Positions 47,587 to 55,991 of a stretch of 64,000 bases of DNA are shown piece by piece. Below the pieces are notes generated by a model. The model made no database searches. It had not been told where the DNA came from and saw only the letters and a program-made list of their open reading frames with translations. The DNA lies in contig CAYMZX010000003.1 of NCBI GenBank assembly GCA_964395115.1, positions 14,111-78,110 of the forward strand. The letters run 5' to 3'. A program made the translations under genes and the position numbers. Each line of letters opens with the position of its first letter. The stretch's first letter is position 1. Origin of the DNA: an uncultured Gammaproteobacteria bacterium. Its GTDB lineage: Bacteria > Patescibacteriota > Microgenomatia > UBA8517.

Positions 47587-48696
47587 GTTAAAATTGATTC
47601 TAACATGGAGGAGTTGGTAGTAGAAAAGGAACCTGCCCCAAAAAAGAAGTCAAAGTTTTTTCAAAAAACGAAACGTCGTCTTTTAAGACACCTCTGGTTG
47701 GTAAGAATCGGAATTTTGATTTTAGTTTTCTTGGCGGGATATTTTCTCTTTAGTCTTTTAGGATCTTTATTTGCCAGGACAGGATTAGAAAACTATTTAA
47801 AAACCCTAAGCAACTTTATTTGGGACTCTCCTGCTAAAATTGAGACGGCAGAGGGTAGAACGAATATCCTGATTCTGGGTAAGGCCGGGGAGGGATACGG
47901 GGCCAAGGATTTAACCGATACCATAATTTTTGCCTCCATTTCTTATCCAAAATCAAAACTTTCCCTTATCTCTTTGCCTCGAGACATCTGGATTCCGGCC
48001 ATCCGAGCAAAAGTCAACAGCGCTTATTATTGGGGAAACCAGCGAAAAGAAAAAGGAGGGCTTATTCTGGCGAAATCAACCATAGAGGAAATCGTTGGCC
48101 AGCCAATCCACTACGCGGTCGTCATAGATTTTTCAGGATTTACCAAAATAGTTGATGTTATTGGAGGTATTGAGGTTAACGTGGAACGGGAATTTATCGA
48201 CGAAAAATATCCGGTTTCCGGCAAAGAAAACGATTTATGTGACGGAGATCCACTATTGGGTTGTCGCTATCAAACGGTAAAATTTGAAAAAGGTTTACAA
48301 ACAATGGATGGAGAAACCGCCCTCAAATTTGTAAGATCCCGAAATGCCGAGGGGGAGGAAGGTAGCGATCTGGCTAGGGCCAGCCGCCAGCAAAAAGTAA
48401 TTCTGGCTATCAAGCAAAAAATATTAAGCCGGAGCGTTCTTTTTTCCCCAAAGAGAATTTCGGCAATTTTGAAGGTGATCCGAGAATCAGTAGAAACGGA
48501 CATTGAAAGTCAAACAGGAGCGGTTCTAGCCAGATGGATTTTAGAGGCAAAAGATGATGTTTTCACTCATGTTTTAGCGGAGGACTTGCTTATTCATCCC
48601 CCAGTATCCCCCCGTTATGATAATCAATATGTTTTTATTCCCAAGGCTGGAGACTGGAGCAATATCCACCAATGGGTTTCTCAAAGGCTTCCCTAA
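47575..48696 (+). CDS. LytR-CpsA-Psr (LCP) family cell-wall polymer phosphotransferase
   Basis: N-terminal TM, then NILILGKAGEGYGAKDLTDTIIFASISYPKSKLSLISLPRDIW. Confidence 0.85.
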   Translation: MESHVKIDSNMEELVVEKEPAPKKKSKFFQKTKRRLLRHLWLVRIGILILVFLAGYFLFSLLGSLFARTGLENYLKTLSNFIWDSPAKIETAEGRTNILILGKAGEGYGAKDLTDTIIFASISYPKSKLSLISLPRDIWIPAIRAKVNSAYYWGNQRKEKGGLILAKSTIEEIVGQPIHYAVVIDFSGFTKIVDVIGGIEVNVEREFIDEKYPVSGKENDLCDGDPLLGCRYQTVKFEKGLQTMDGETALKFVRSRNAEGEEGSDLARASRQQKVILAIKQKILSRSVLFSPKRISAILKVIRESVETDIESQTGAVLARWILEAKDDVFTHVLAEDLLIHPPVSPRYDNQYVFIPKAGDWSNIHQWVSQRLP

Positions 48697-51092
48697 ATGG
48701 AAAAATGAAAATTCGACGTTACGACAAATATCTATTGCTTCTTTTAGTATTCAGCTTTTTTTTGCGGCTTTCTTTGTATAAAACCGGAACGTTCTGGCTC
48801 GATATAAACAGTTTCATTGCTTGGAGCAATACTTTGATCAAAACCGGTTTCGGCAATTTTTACAACAGTGTCTGGTCTGATTATTTGCCGGGATATCTTT
48901 ATATCTTGTGGCTCTTGGGCAAGATTAAAAATTTGGTTGGCTTTGACCAGCTTTTTCTATTTAAACTCCCGTCAATTTTTTCCGATTTAGCCACTGCCTA
49001 TCTCATTTATTTGATTGCGAAAAAAATTAAAGGCCCAAAAATAGGGTTGATTGCTTCGGCTTTCTACGCTTTGAATCCTGCAATAATATTTAATTCCACC
49101 CTTTGGGGACAGGCAGATTCACTGACCGCCCTTTTTTGTCTTTTGTCAATTTATCTTTTTGGAATAAACCACTTATTATCGTCGCTGGCGCTTTCTCTTG
49201 GGACCGCTTTTAAGCTTCAAGCTGCCTTAGCCGCTCCCATTATCTTGATGATGATGCTTAAGCATCGTTGGAGACCAAAAAAAATTGTAAGTTACATTCT
49301 CTTTTCGGTTGCAGTTTTTTTGTTAATTTTCTTGCCCTTCAATCTTCCGGATAAAAATCCGCCCCTTTTTATCTATGAGAGAATAAGAGTGACGCTGAAT
49401 CAATATCCATACGGTAGCGTCAATGCATTTAATTTTTGGGGCCTTTGGGGTTTTTGGAAACCAGATGGCGGAGGAATCACCCCCCTTAAAATTATAGGAA
49501 TCGGCCTTTTCGGTCTAATTTCAGGTTTAGCCATCGCTAGGTTTTGGCGGGAAAAACGAAGCGAATATTTGCTGGCGGCTATTTTGACGGCAGCTAATTT
49601 CCTCTTCTTTACCAGGATGCACGAGAGACACCTGTTACCCGTTTTTGCTCCATTGGCGGTTTCCGCGATAATCAATCCGGCTCTCTGGGTGTCCTATTTT
49701 GGATTCTCGTCAACCTATGTTTTGAATCTATATTTTGCTTTCGAACAGCAAGCCGTTGTTAAATCGGGAGTTTTTACTCTTCCGACAATCAAGGCGCTAA
49801 TCCTAGCTAATTTTGTTTTTTTTAGCCTCCTTTTTAACAAAACTAGCAAAATTCGCCTTTTCTATTTTTGGCCTAAAAAAAAGGATTTTTTTGAAAAGAT
49901 AAAGCCGAGAAAGAAAAACATTAGAATTTTTCTTGGCACCATTATTCTGTTCGCTTTAATAACAAGGGTTTTCTCATTAGGCTTTCCTCTTAAAGAATAC
50001 TTTGACGAAGTTTATCATGCCTTTACCGCCAGACAGATACTCCACGGAAACCCAATGGCTTGGGAGTGGTGGAATACACCGCCCGAAGGATTTGCTTATG
50101 AGTGGACCCACCCCCCTTTGGCCAAACTTGGTATGGTCGCCGGGATGTTAATTTTCGGAGAAAACCCGTTTGGCTGGAGAATACCAGGGGCTCTTCTAGG
50201 AACCGGGAGCGTTCTTTTGGTTTATCTTATCGCCAGCAAGATTTTTAAAGACGGACTCTCGGGAATTTTGGCCGCCGGAGTTTTTAGTCTTGATGGTCTA
50301 CCTTTGGTCATGTCTAGAATCGGGATGAATGACAGCTATCTATTATTTTTTGTTCTTGCCAGCGTTTATCTTTATTTGGCCGACAAATATTTTTGTTCTG
50401 CTTTGGCGTTTGGGTTGGCGCTCTCATCAAAATGGTCGGCGGCTTGGGCGATTCCTATATTTTTGGTCGCAACCTTAGTTTTTAGGAAAAAAATTCAATT
50501 AAGCCACCTTTGGTTCTTGTTATTGCCGCCACTGATTTATTTGGCAAGCTACCTCCCGATGTTTTTGACGAATCATGATTTTTCAACCTTTTGGGGAATG
50601 CAGAAACAAATGTGGTGGTATCACACCAAACTTAAAGCAACCCACGCTTATACTTCGCCCTGGTGGAGCTGGCCGCTCTTGGCTCGGCCTATTTACCTTT
50701 ATACTTCCAACGAAGCGGGCGGGGTTGTTTCCAGAATTTATGCCATGGGCAACCCTTTTGTTTTCTTGTCCGGAATAATTGCCGTTGTCCTGGCATCTTT
50801 TTTGGTGATAACTGGAAGAATTAAAAGGCTGATCTTTGTGGTTTTTGCGTATCTGATTCTGTTTGTCGGTTGGGCCGCCTCACCCCGAATAATGTTTTTG
50901 TACCACTACTTGCCTTCTCTTCCCTTTATGGCGATCGCGACCGGATATGTTTTGCGTCGTTTTCCCAAAGTTATTCTCCCTTTTTTCATTACTTCGGCTC
51001 TGCTGTTTGTCTATTTTTATCCACACTGGATTGGCTTGAGAATTCCTCTTTGGCTAGACAAAAGCTATTATTGGTTCGCTTCCTGGAGATGA
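48672..51092 (+). CDS. 806-aa two-module GT-C membrane glycosyltransferase (N-terminal DUF2029/mannosyltransferase-like module + C-terminal PMT/ArnT-like module)
   Basis: More than 20 TM helices. The second module starts with FDEVYHAFTARQILHG, a GT39/83 DE motif. It overlaps the LCP gene by 25 bp. Confidence 0.7.
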   Translation: MGFSKASLNGKMKIRRYDKYLLLLLVFSFFLRLSLYKTGTFWLDINSFIAWSNTLIKTGFGNFYNSVWSDYLPGYLYILWLLGKIKNLVGFDQLFLFKLPSIFSDLATAYLIYLIAKKIKGPKIGLIASAFYALNPAIIFNSTLWGQADSLTALFCLLSIYLFGINHLLSSLALSLGTAFKLQAALAAPIILMMMLKHRWRPKKIVSYILFSVAVFLLIFLPFNLPDKNPPLFIYERIRVTLNQYPYGSVNAFNFWGLWGFWKPDGGGITPLKIIGIGLFGLISGLAIARFWREKRSEYLLAAILTAANFLFFTRMHERHLLPVFAPLAVSAIINPALWVSYFGFSSTYVLNLYFAFEQQAVVKSGVFTLPTIKALILANFVFFSLLFNKTSKIRLFYFWPKKKDFFEKIKPRKKNIRIFLGTIILFALITRVFSLGFPLKEYFDEVYHAFTARQILHGNPMAWEWWNTPPEGFAYEWTHPPLAKLGMVAGMLIFGENPFGWRIPGALLGTGSVLLVYLIASKIFKDGLSGILAAGVFSLDGLPLVMSRIGMNDSYLLFFVLASVYLYLADKYFCSALAFGLALSSKWSAAWAIPIFLVATLVFRKKIQLSHLWFLLLPPLIYLASYLPMFLTNHDFSTFWGMQKQMWWYHTKLKATHAYTSPWWSWPLLARPIYLYTSNEAGGVVSRIYAMGNPFVFLSGIIAVVLASFLVITGRIKRLIFVVFAYLILFVGWAASPRIMFLYHYLPSLPFMAIATGYVLRRFPKVILPFFITSALLFVYFYPHWIGLRIPLWLDKSYYWFASWR

Positions 51093-51100
51093 ACTTCTTT

Positions 51101-51544
51101 TTATATTGCTAAAAGCAGAGATATCAAAAGTAGAAAAACTCCCATTCCCAACCAGATAATAGTCGGCCAGGAAATTCCTGCTTCAGGAAGCGATGGCTCC
51201 GCAGTTGGGCTTGCCTGCGCCAATGGACTAGGCGACGGAGAAACGGTCGGCGAAGGCGAAGGTGAAGGTGAAGCGGCGGGACTAGGACTAGGCGACGGAG
51301 AAACGGTCGGTGAAGGTGAAGCGGTTGGACTAGGAGAAGGCGAAACTTGCGTAATAGTAAAGGTAAGTTCCGTGCAAGATTGCGGGGGAGCTGCCTGGGG
51401 TTTACTGGTCGGCGCGGTAGGAGCGACCGGCTGCTGCCTTAACTGGTAAAGCCTATAGGCGGTAAAGACAGCAATTCCCGCCAAAACCAGGGTGGCTAGA
51501 AGGATGAGAACGGTTGCTATTTTGCTTTTAAAAAATGTTTTCAT
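51101..51544 (-). CDS. Ser/Pro-repeat surface protein with an N-terminal signal anchor and a C-terminal LPEAG + hydrophobic segment
   Basis: 147 aa. (SPSPSP/TVSP)n repeats. The C-terminus is SLPEAGISWPTIIWLGMGVFLLLISLLLAI. Confidence 0.55.
   Translation of the reverse strand: MKTFFKSKIATVLILLATLVLAGIAVFTAYRLYQLRQQPVAPTAPTSKPQAAPPQSCTELTFTITQVSPSPSPTASPSPTVSPSPSPSPAASPSPSPSPTVSPSPSPLAQASPTAEPSLPEAGISWPTIIWLGMGVFLLLISLLLAI
51225..51336. repeat. Imperfect ~60-bp tandem direct repeat (2 copies, the second with a 12-bp deletion) encoding the SPSPSP...TVSP stalk
   Basis: ggactaggcgacggagaaacggtcgg recurs at 51225 and 51285. A related GC-rich motif occurs at 52855-52925 in the next surface-protein gene. 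Confidence 0.5.
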
Positions 51545-51564
51545 TTTTGTTATTAATACTCCTT

Positions 51565-52725
51565 TTATTCAGACCAGCCTAAAGTCGTATGATGTATTTG
51601 AGCGCCAATTGTAAAAGTTGTTATGCCAGGCGGGATAGTATATTCATCATAAAACTCTTCCGACCCGGGTTTCTTCTGGGTTACTTCAGGTCGCTGGACG
51701 CCATTAATTTTGAATCTGGCTCTGTCAAATGAGCCCGAAGTGGTTGTACCCGCAACCGCAAAACGAATCGTATCTCCCGGCTTAAGACTTGAGAGTTGAC
51801 TAGAAGATAGTATATTCCAGCTTAAATCGTAGGCCTTTACATTGAGACATTGAGCGGTAGGACTAGCCCCCGGCGGAGGTGCTGTGGGGGCAGGAGAAGA
51901 TGTGGTGGTCACAGTTGTGCCAGCGCACTGGAAGCACCAATTTGGATTAGTTCCACTGCCTCGATTTTCCCAGTTGCAATTTCCTTCCCTAGCTGCAACA
52001 TTTCGATACCCACAATGAGCAATACAGGCCTCTTCCGCGGTATCCCTATTAATACCTCCAGAAATCCAACCGGGCCTACAAGTTTGTACTTGTGGAGTAG
52101 TGGTTGGGGTAGTAGTGGGCGAAGGCTCTTTAGTAGGTCCTTTCGCGGGAGACGGCTCTTTAGTAGGAACGGGAGTGGGTGTCTTAGTCGTCGGACAAGC
52201 TGCACGGCACTCGGTAGGAGTATTCCCCTTTGCTAGACATCCCTCATAACAAGGAAGACAGCAACCAATATTCTGACCGGCAGGCGAGACACAGCCTCCA
52301 GTAGAAGTTCCCATAAAAATATTTCCTGCCTGGTTGCAGGCTGAAAGGGTGCTGCATGTTCCAGAGTACCCACTGACTTTACAATCTTGGCCCGGGCCGG
52401 CCGCTTTTTCTCTTATATCTTGTTGTTGCTTAATAAGAATTACTCCCGCTCCGAGGCCGCCGACCAAAATCAGAAGTCCCAAAATAGTGGCGATTACTTT
52501 TCCGCCGCCGAATTTTTTCTTGGGAGAAATCGGAGTGACAACCGGGGGAAAATCAAAATTTGGAGCGGCCCCTTCTCCTGACATGGCGTCGGCTGGGATC
52601 GTGGAGTTTGTTTCCGGTGGAGGGGGAATGTTATCTGCGGGCAATGGAGGTATTTCGGCAACAACCGTAGGTTCCGCCGCCGGCTGATTTTGAGAGGAGC
52701 TGTTTGGATTATTCGGGCTCGGCAT
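51565..52725 (-). CDS. Type-II-oriented membrane protein with a Pro-rich N-tail and a Cys-rich (24 Cys) ectodomain
   Basis: 386 aa. TM at VIATILGLLILVGGLGAGVILI. Many CxxC/CC pairs and PT-rich linkers. No family recognised. Confidence 0.55.
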   Translation of the reverse strand: MPSPNNPNSSSQNQPAAEPTVVAEIPPLPADNIPPPPETNSTIPADAMSGEGAAPNFDFPPVVTPISPKKKFGGGKVIATILGLLILVGGLGAGVILIKQQQDIREKAAGPGQDCKVSGYSGTCSTLSACNQAGNIFMGTSTGGCVSPAGQNIGCCLPCYEGCLAKGNTPTECRAACPTTKTPTPVPTKEPSPAKGPTKEPSPTTTPTTTPQVQTCRPGWISGGINRDTAEEACIAHCGYRNVAAREGNCNWENRGSGTNPNWCFQCAGTTVTTTSSPAPTAPPPGASPTAQCLNVKAYDLSWNILSSSQLSSLKPGDTIRFAVAGTTTSGSFDRARFKINGVQRPEVTQKKPGSEEFYDEYTIPPGITTFTIGAQIHHTTLGWSE

Positions 52726-52731
52726 TTAGAT

Positions 52732-54078
52732 TTAAATTTCCGTCTTTCTCCAAATTAAAAGACTAACCAAAATTATTCCTACTCCCAGAATAGAGAAAAG
52801 GACTGTGGGAGTCAAGTTGCCAGAATCGTAGACTCCGGAAGAGGTTGACGGGATTGGCGAAATTCTGGGGGTGATGGTTGGAATGGGCGAAACCGTCGGC
52901 GATGGCGACGGCGAGGGGGAAGGTCTGGGAGTAGATGTTGGTGATGCCGAAGGGGTTGCTTCAAAAGAAGGACCTTCCGAAGCTTGGACAATGAAAGTCC
53001 TTCGCAGGGTTCTTAGGATTCCCGAAGCGTCTCTCCAAGAAATAGTTATTGTATGGGTCCCTTCCGCAAGGTTGGAGGGAGGGCTCCATTTCCATTGGCC
53101 GGATGAAGGAATTTTTAATGTTTCGGAAACCGGTTCTGACTCCACGGTGATGGTAATGGTTACTCCTGAAGGTCCTTTGCCAAAAAACTCCGGATCGGTA
53201 GTGGTTATGACTTCCCCTTCCTTAATACTTTCCAAAGTAACGTTTTTGGCCGACGGCGTAGCTGTTTTCTCTTCCACTTTAAAACCGGAAGAAGGAGTCT
53301 TTTCTTCGGGAAGACCGATTGAGGCGCTAGGAATTTGTCCCTTTCCAGCCGGCGGGAGATTTTTGAAATCATGAACTTGGCCAAGAATGATGGATGGAGC
53401 TGGTTTGGCCGATTGAGGATAAATTTGGGCCGAGGCAACATTTCCCAACCCGGCATTGACGGAAATTTCTATCAACGAATTTTTTTCGTCAATCTGGATA
53501 TAATCCTGCAAATCGGCGGTTCTGGCTGAAGATATAGGGGCAACCCAGTTGCCGGTTGCGGAAGTAATGGTTGAAAGAAGACTGCTTCCGCCAATCGTCA
53601 AATAAACCAAAGCATTCTTGGCCGGTTCGCCGGTTGCCGTCAAAATTATTCCAGAAATTAAGACAGTTTTGTTAGGAGTCGCCAGGGCCGAACCGGTTGT
53701 TATTTGCCAGGGAACGCCGTTATTATCGAAATCCTCTCCCCCGGAATTTATTTTAAAAAAATAGGTAGTTTGGGGAGACAGGCCCCTTAGAGTCAGAGTG
53801 TGGGTATGGCTTTGTGTGGCAAGTTCGTCTAATTCGGTTCGCGATAGGGAATTTTGATTTTCCCCCCACCTGACAAACCCGGATGTTTCTCTGTCGGTTA
53901 CCCAAGAAATGGTCAAAGAGGTATCGGTAATATTGGAAATGCGGACATCTTTGGGGGCGAACTCGCCGGTCGCGCCGAGGCGGAAAAAGAGTCGGCTTCT
54001 TATTAACATAACGCCGGCCGCTATCCCAATTACTAAAATTAGAATTCCAAGTAAAGTGGGGATTTTGCTTTTTTTCAT
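52732..54078 (-). CDS. Surface protein with an N-terminal signal anchor, FN3-like domain(s), a PS/PT-rich stalk and a C-terminal TM + basic tail
   Basis: The FN3-like block is VRISNITDTSLTISWVTDRETSGFVRWGENQ...LRGLSPQTTYFFKI. The C-terminus is LFSILGVGIILVSLLIWRKTEI. Confidence 0.55.
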   Translation of the reverse strand: MKKSKIPTLLGILILVIGIAAGVMLIRSRLFFRLGATGEFAPKDVRISNITDTSLTISWVTDRETSGFVRWGENQNSLSRTELDELATQSHTHTLTLRGLSPQTTYFFKINSGGEDFDNNGVPWQITTGSALATPNKTVLISGIILTATGEPAKNALVYLTIGGSSLLSTITSATGNWVAPISSARTADLQDYIQIDEKNSLIEISVNAGLGNVASAQIYPQSAKPAPSIILGQVHDFKNLPPAGKGQIPSASIGLPEEKTPSSGFKVEEKTATPSAKNVTLESIKEGEVITTTDPEFFGKGPSGVTITITVESEPVSETLKIPSSGQWKWSPPSNLAEGTHTITISWRDASGILRTLRRTFIVQASEGPSFEATPSASPTSTPRPSPSPSPSPTVSPIPTITPRISPIPSTSSGVYDSGNLTPTVLFSILGVGIILVSLLIWRKTEI

Positions 54079-54398
54079 GGCGTCGGGGTTGCCGATTCGG
54101 TGGCTACAGGTGTTGGAGTGGTTGTTGGCGACGGTCTAGGGGTTAGAAAAATAAAGGGACTGCTTGTAGGAACAGAAAAGTTACCAATCTCTTCTTCGGA
54201 AAAGAAAAGTCTACCCTCGATGCTATCTAACGACTCGGCATCCAATACTGGATTGAGTGGCTCAATGATGTCGGGCGGGACATTGGGCGATGGTTCATTT
54301 GTAAAAACTCGGTAGACGGTAAATATAGTCCAAAAGACAACCGTTATCATTGTCAAAAAAGCGATTGTAACGAGACTTGGTGTTTTTGAATTTTTCAT
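54075..54398 (-). CDS. Small membrane protein with a Pro/Thr-rich C-terminus (PilP-position protein?)
   Basis: 107 aa, N-terminal TM, positioned immediately after pilO. Confidence 0.45.
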   Translation of the reverse strand: MKNSKTPSLVTIAFLTMITVVFWTIFTVYRVFTNEPSPNVPPDIIEPLNPVLDAESLDSIEGRLFFSEEEIGNFSVPTSSPFIFLTPRPSPTTTPTPVATESATPTP

Positions 54399-55057
54399 TG
54401 CTGCTGCGAAAGGTAGGGAACCCGGCCGGTCACTAAAATTACCAAAACTTTCTCTGCCTCTGTTTTAGTTGCCGAAAATCCAACGTTGTCGACGGCTATC
54501 GGCCTTCTTAATTGTTCTAAGTTGGACAAGAAAGAAAAGAGGGCCGGGTAATCTCCAGAAACGCTCAAGGTAAAAGAAACATCACTGGCGCCCTCGGGAA
54601 GAGGAGTTAAGCCAGGTTCATCCTTTTTGGGCGTTGAGCTCTTACCCAGTAAAGTCACCTGCCCTATAGAAATTCCCAATAAATTGACAGAATTTCTGGT
54701 GGCGAGTCCTTCGATTTGGCGGACAAAAGTTTCAGGGGATGGAGAACTAGGGATTGAGCTCTCAACTAGAGGCAACCTTGCTGCTTCTGAATCCAAAATG
54801 GTCCGGGCCGCTGTCAAATTCTGAATTTTAGTATCCAATTTTGCCACCGTTTCTTCCTTGGATTTAATTTCTCGAGTGAGCGAGATGATGGTAATAACGG
54901 TGGGCTTTAAGGCAAAAGCGGTAAAGAAGGAAATTGTTCCCAAGGAAAGAAGAATTTCCAAAAACATCCGCAAGTCCTGTTTTTGTTTATAAATAGCAAT
55001 TATATTTAGAAAATAATCCTTGTATCTTAAATAACCACTTCTCCATCCAAGAGCCAT
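54395..55057 (-). CDS. pilO: Type IV pilus assembly protein PilO-like
   Basis: 220 aa with an N-terminal TM, a coiled coil and a ferredoxin-like C-domain. It directly follows pilN. Confidence 0.55.
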   Translation of the reverse strand: MALGWRSGYLRYKDYFLNIIAIYKQKQDLRMFLEILLSLGTISFFTAFALKPTVITIISLTREIKSKEETVAKLDTKIQNLTAARTILDSEAARLPLVESSIPSSPSPETFVRQIEGLATRNSVNLLGISIGQVTLLGKSSTPKKDEPGLTPLPEGASDVSFTLSVSGDYPALFSFLSNLEQLRRPIAVDNVGFSATKTEAEKVLVILVTGRVPYLSQQQ

Positions 55058-55062
55058 TTTGG

Positions 55063-55626
55063 TTAAACTCCTTTCTTGATTTTTAACTTTAGAGTAAATG
55101 TCAGCGATCCACTTTCTTGGTTAGTATCGATGTTGGTTAAATTTACTTCGTCAAACATTTTAGAATTTTCCAAGTTTACTATAAATTGAGCAATACTTAA
55201 TTCGCTGGGGGAGGCGCCTTTAACTTGGACAGAATCTTGATTGTAAGAATAGGAAATAAGAAAAATATCAACTGGCAAACGGGAGCTGATTTCTGACAGT
55301 GCTTCGGAGGCTATCCCCCCTTGTGAGGAAAGAGTCGAAAAAATCCGCAACCTCTTTTGAGTATTCCGAAATTCTTTTTCAAAATCAGACGAGGCGGAAA
55401 TAACCGCCATTTTTTCTTTAATAAGATCATTTAAATCGGCATTTCTAGCATCCAACCAAAATCGGGAAAGGAAAGCTGCCATTACGACCATCTCGGTGAT
55501 AATGACGATTATCCTGAAAGTGGACATTGTCCACTTCAAGACTCTTCCCGCCGTAGTCCCTTCAAATTCTTGTTGCGGAAGAAGATTGATTTGGTGTTTC
55601 TTGTCTTTCTGGGCAGCCATAAACAA
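55063..55626 (-). CDS. pilN: Type IV pilus assembly protein PilN
   Basis: Hallmark N-terminal INLLP motif (HQINLLPQQEF) followed by a single TM and a coiled coil. 187 aa. Confidence 0.7.
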   Translation of the reverse strand: MFMAAQKDKKHQINLLPQQEFEGTTAGRVLKWTMSTFRIIVIITEMVVMAAFLSRFWLDARNADLNDLIKEKMAVISASSDFEKEFRNTQKRLRIFSTLSSQGGIASEALSEISSRLPVDIFLISYSYNQDSVQVKGASPSELSIAQFIVNLENSKMFDEVNLTNIDTNQESGSLTFTLKLKIKKGV

Positions 55627-55677
55627 ACGCCTTCGCGTCCATTTCCACTATACCACACAAGACAGATTCGCTGAAGA

Positions 55678-55935
55678 TTATTTTTTCTTTTTAGCTTTCG
55701 CTGCTGGAAGAAGCTTTGTCAAAGATTTTTTTATTCTTGCCGCCTTGTTTTTGTGGATAGCCCTTTTCTTGGCGGCTTTGTCGGCCAAGGAAATAGCTAA
55801 AAGAATTTTTTCTCGGCTCTTGACTTTCTTGGCGGTTCGAATACTCTTTTCTAATTTTGCGATAATTTGTTTATTAACCGTTGCCTTTCTTTTAGAAGCC
55901 GCGAGGGTTCTTTTCGCTGTCTTAGTTACAGGCAT
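55678..55935 (-). CDS. rpsT: 30S ribosomal protein S20
   Basis: MPVTKTAKRTLAASKRKATVNKQ...AIHKNKAARIKKSLTKL. Confidence 0.85.
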   Translation of the reverse strand: MPVTKTAKRTLAASKRKATVNKQIIAKLEKSIRTAKKVKSREKILLAISLADKAAKKRAIHKNKAARIKKSLTKLLPAAKAKKKK

Positions 55936-55991
55936 AGAATTTCTGGATTGTGAGTATAAGCTAAACAGGCTAGAATATCAATACTTAACTT

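Noticed and set aside
52871-53374. 167-aa plus ORF and other small ORFs (51850-52236, 51909-52205, 52334-52687, 53205-53529, 53909-54139, 54100-54315) in the surface-protein operon
   Set aside because: They are antisense or alternate frames of the PS/PT-rich genes. The repetitive GC-rich codons generate open frames in several phases.
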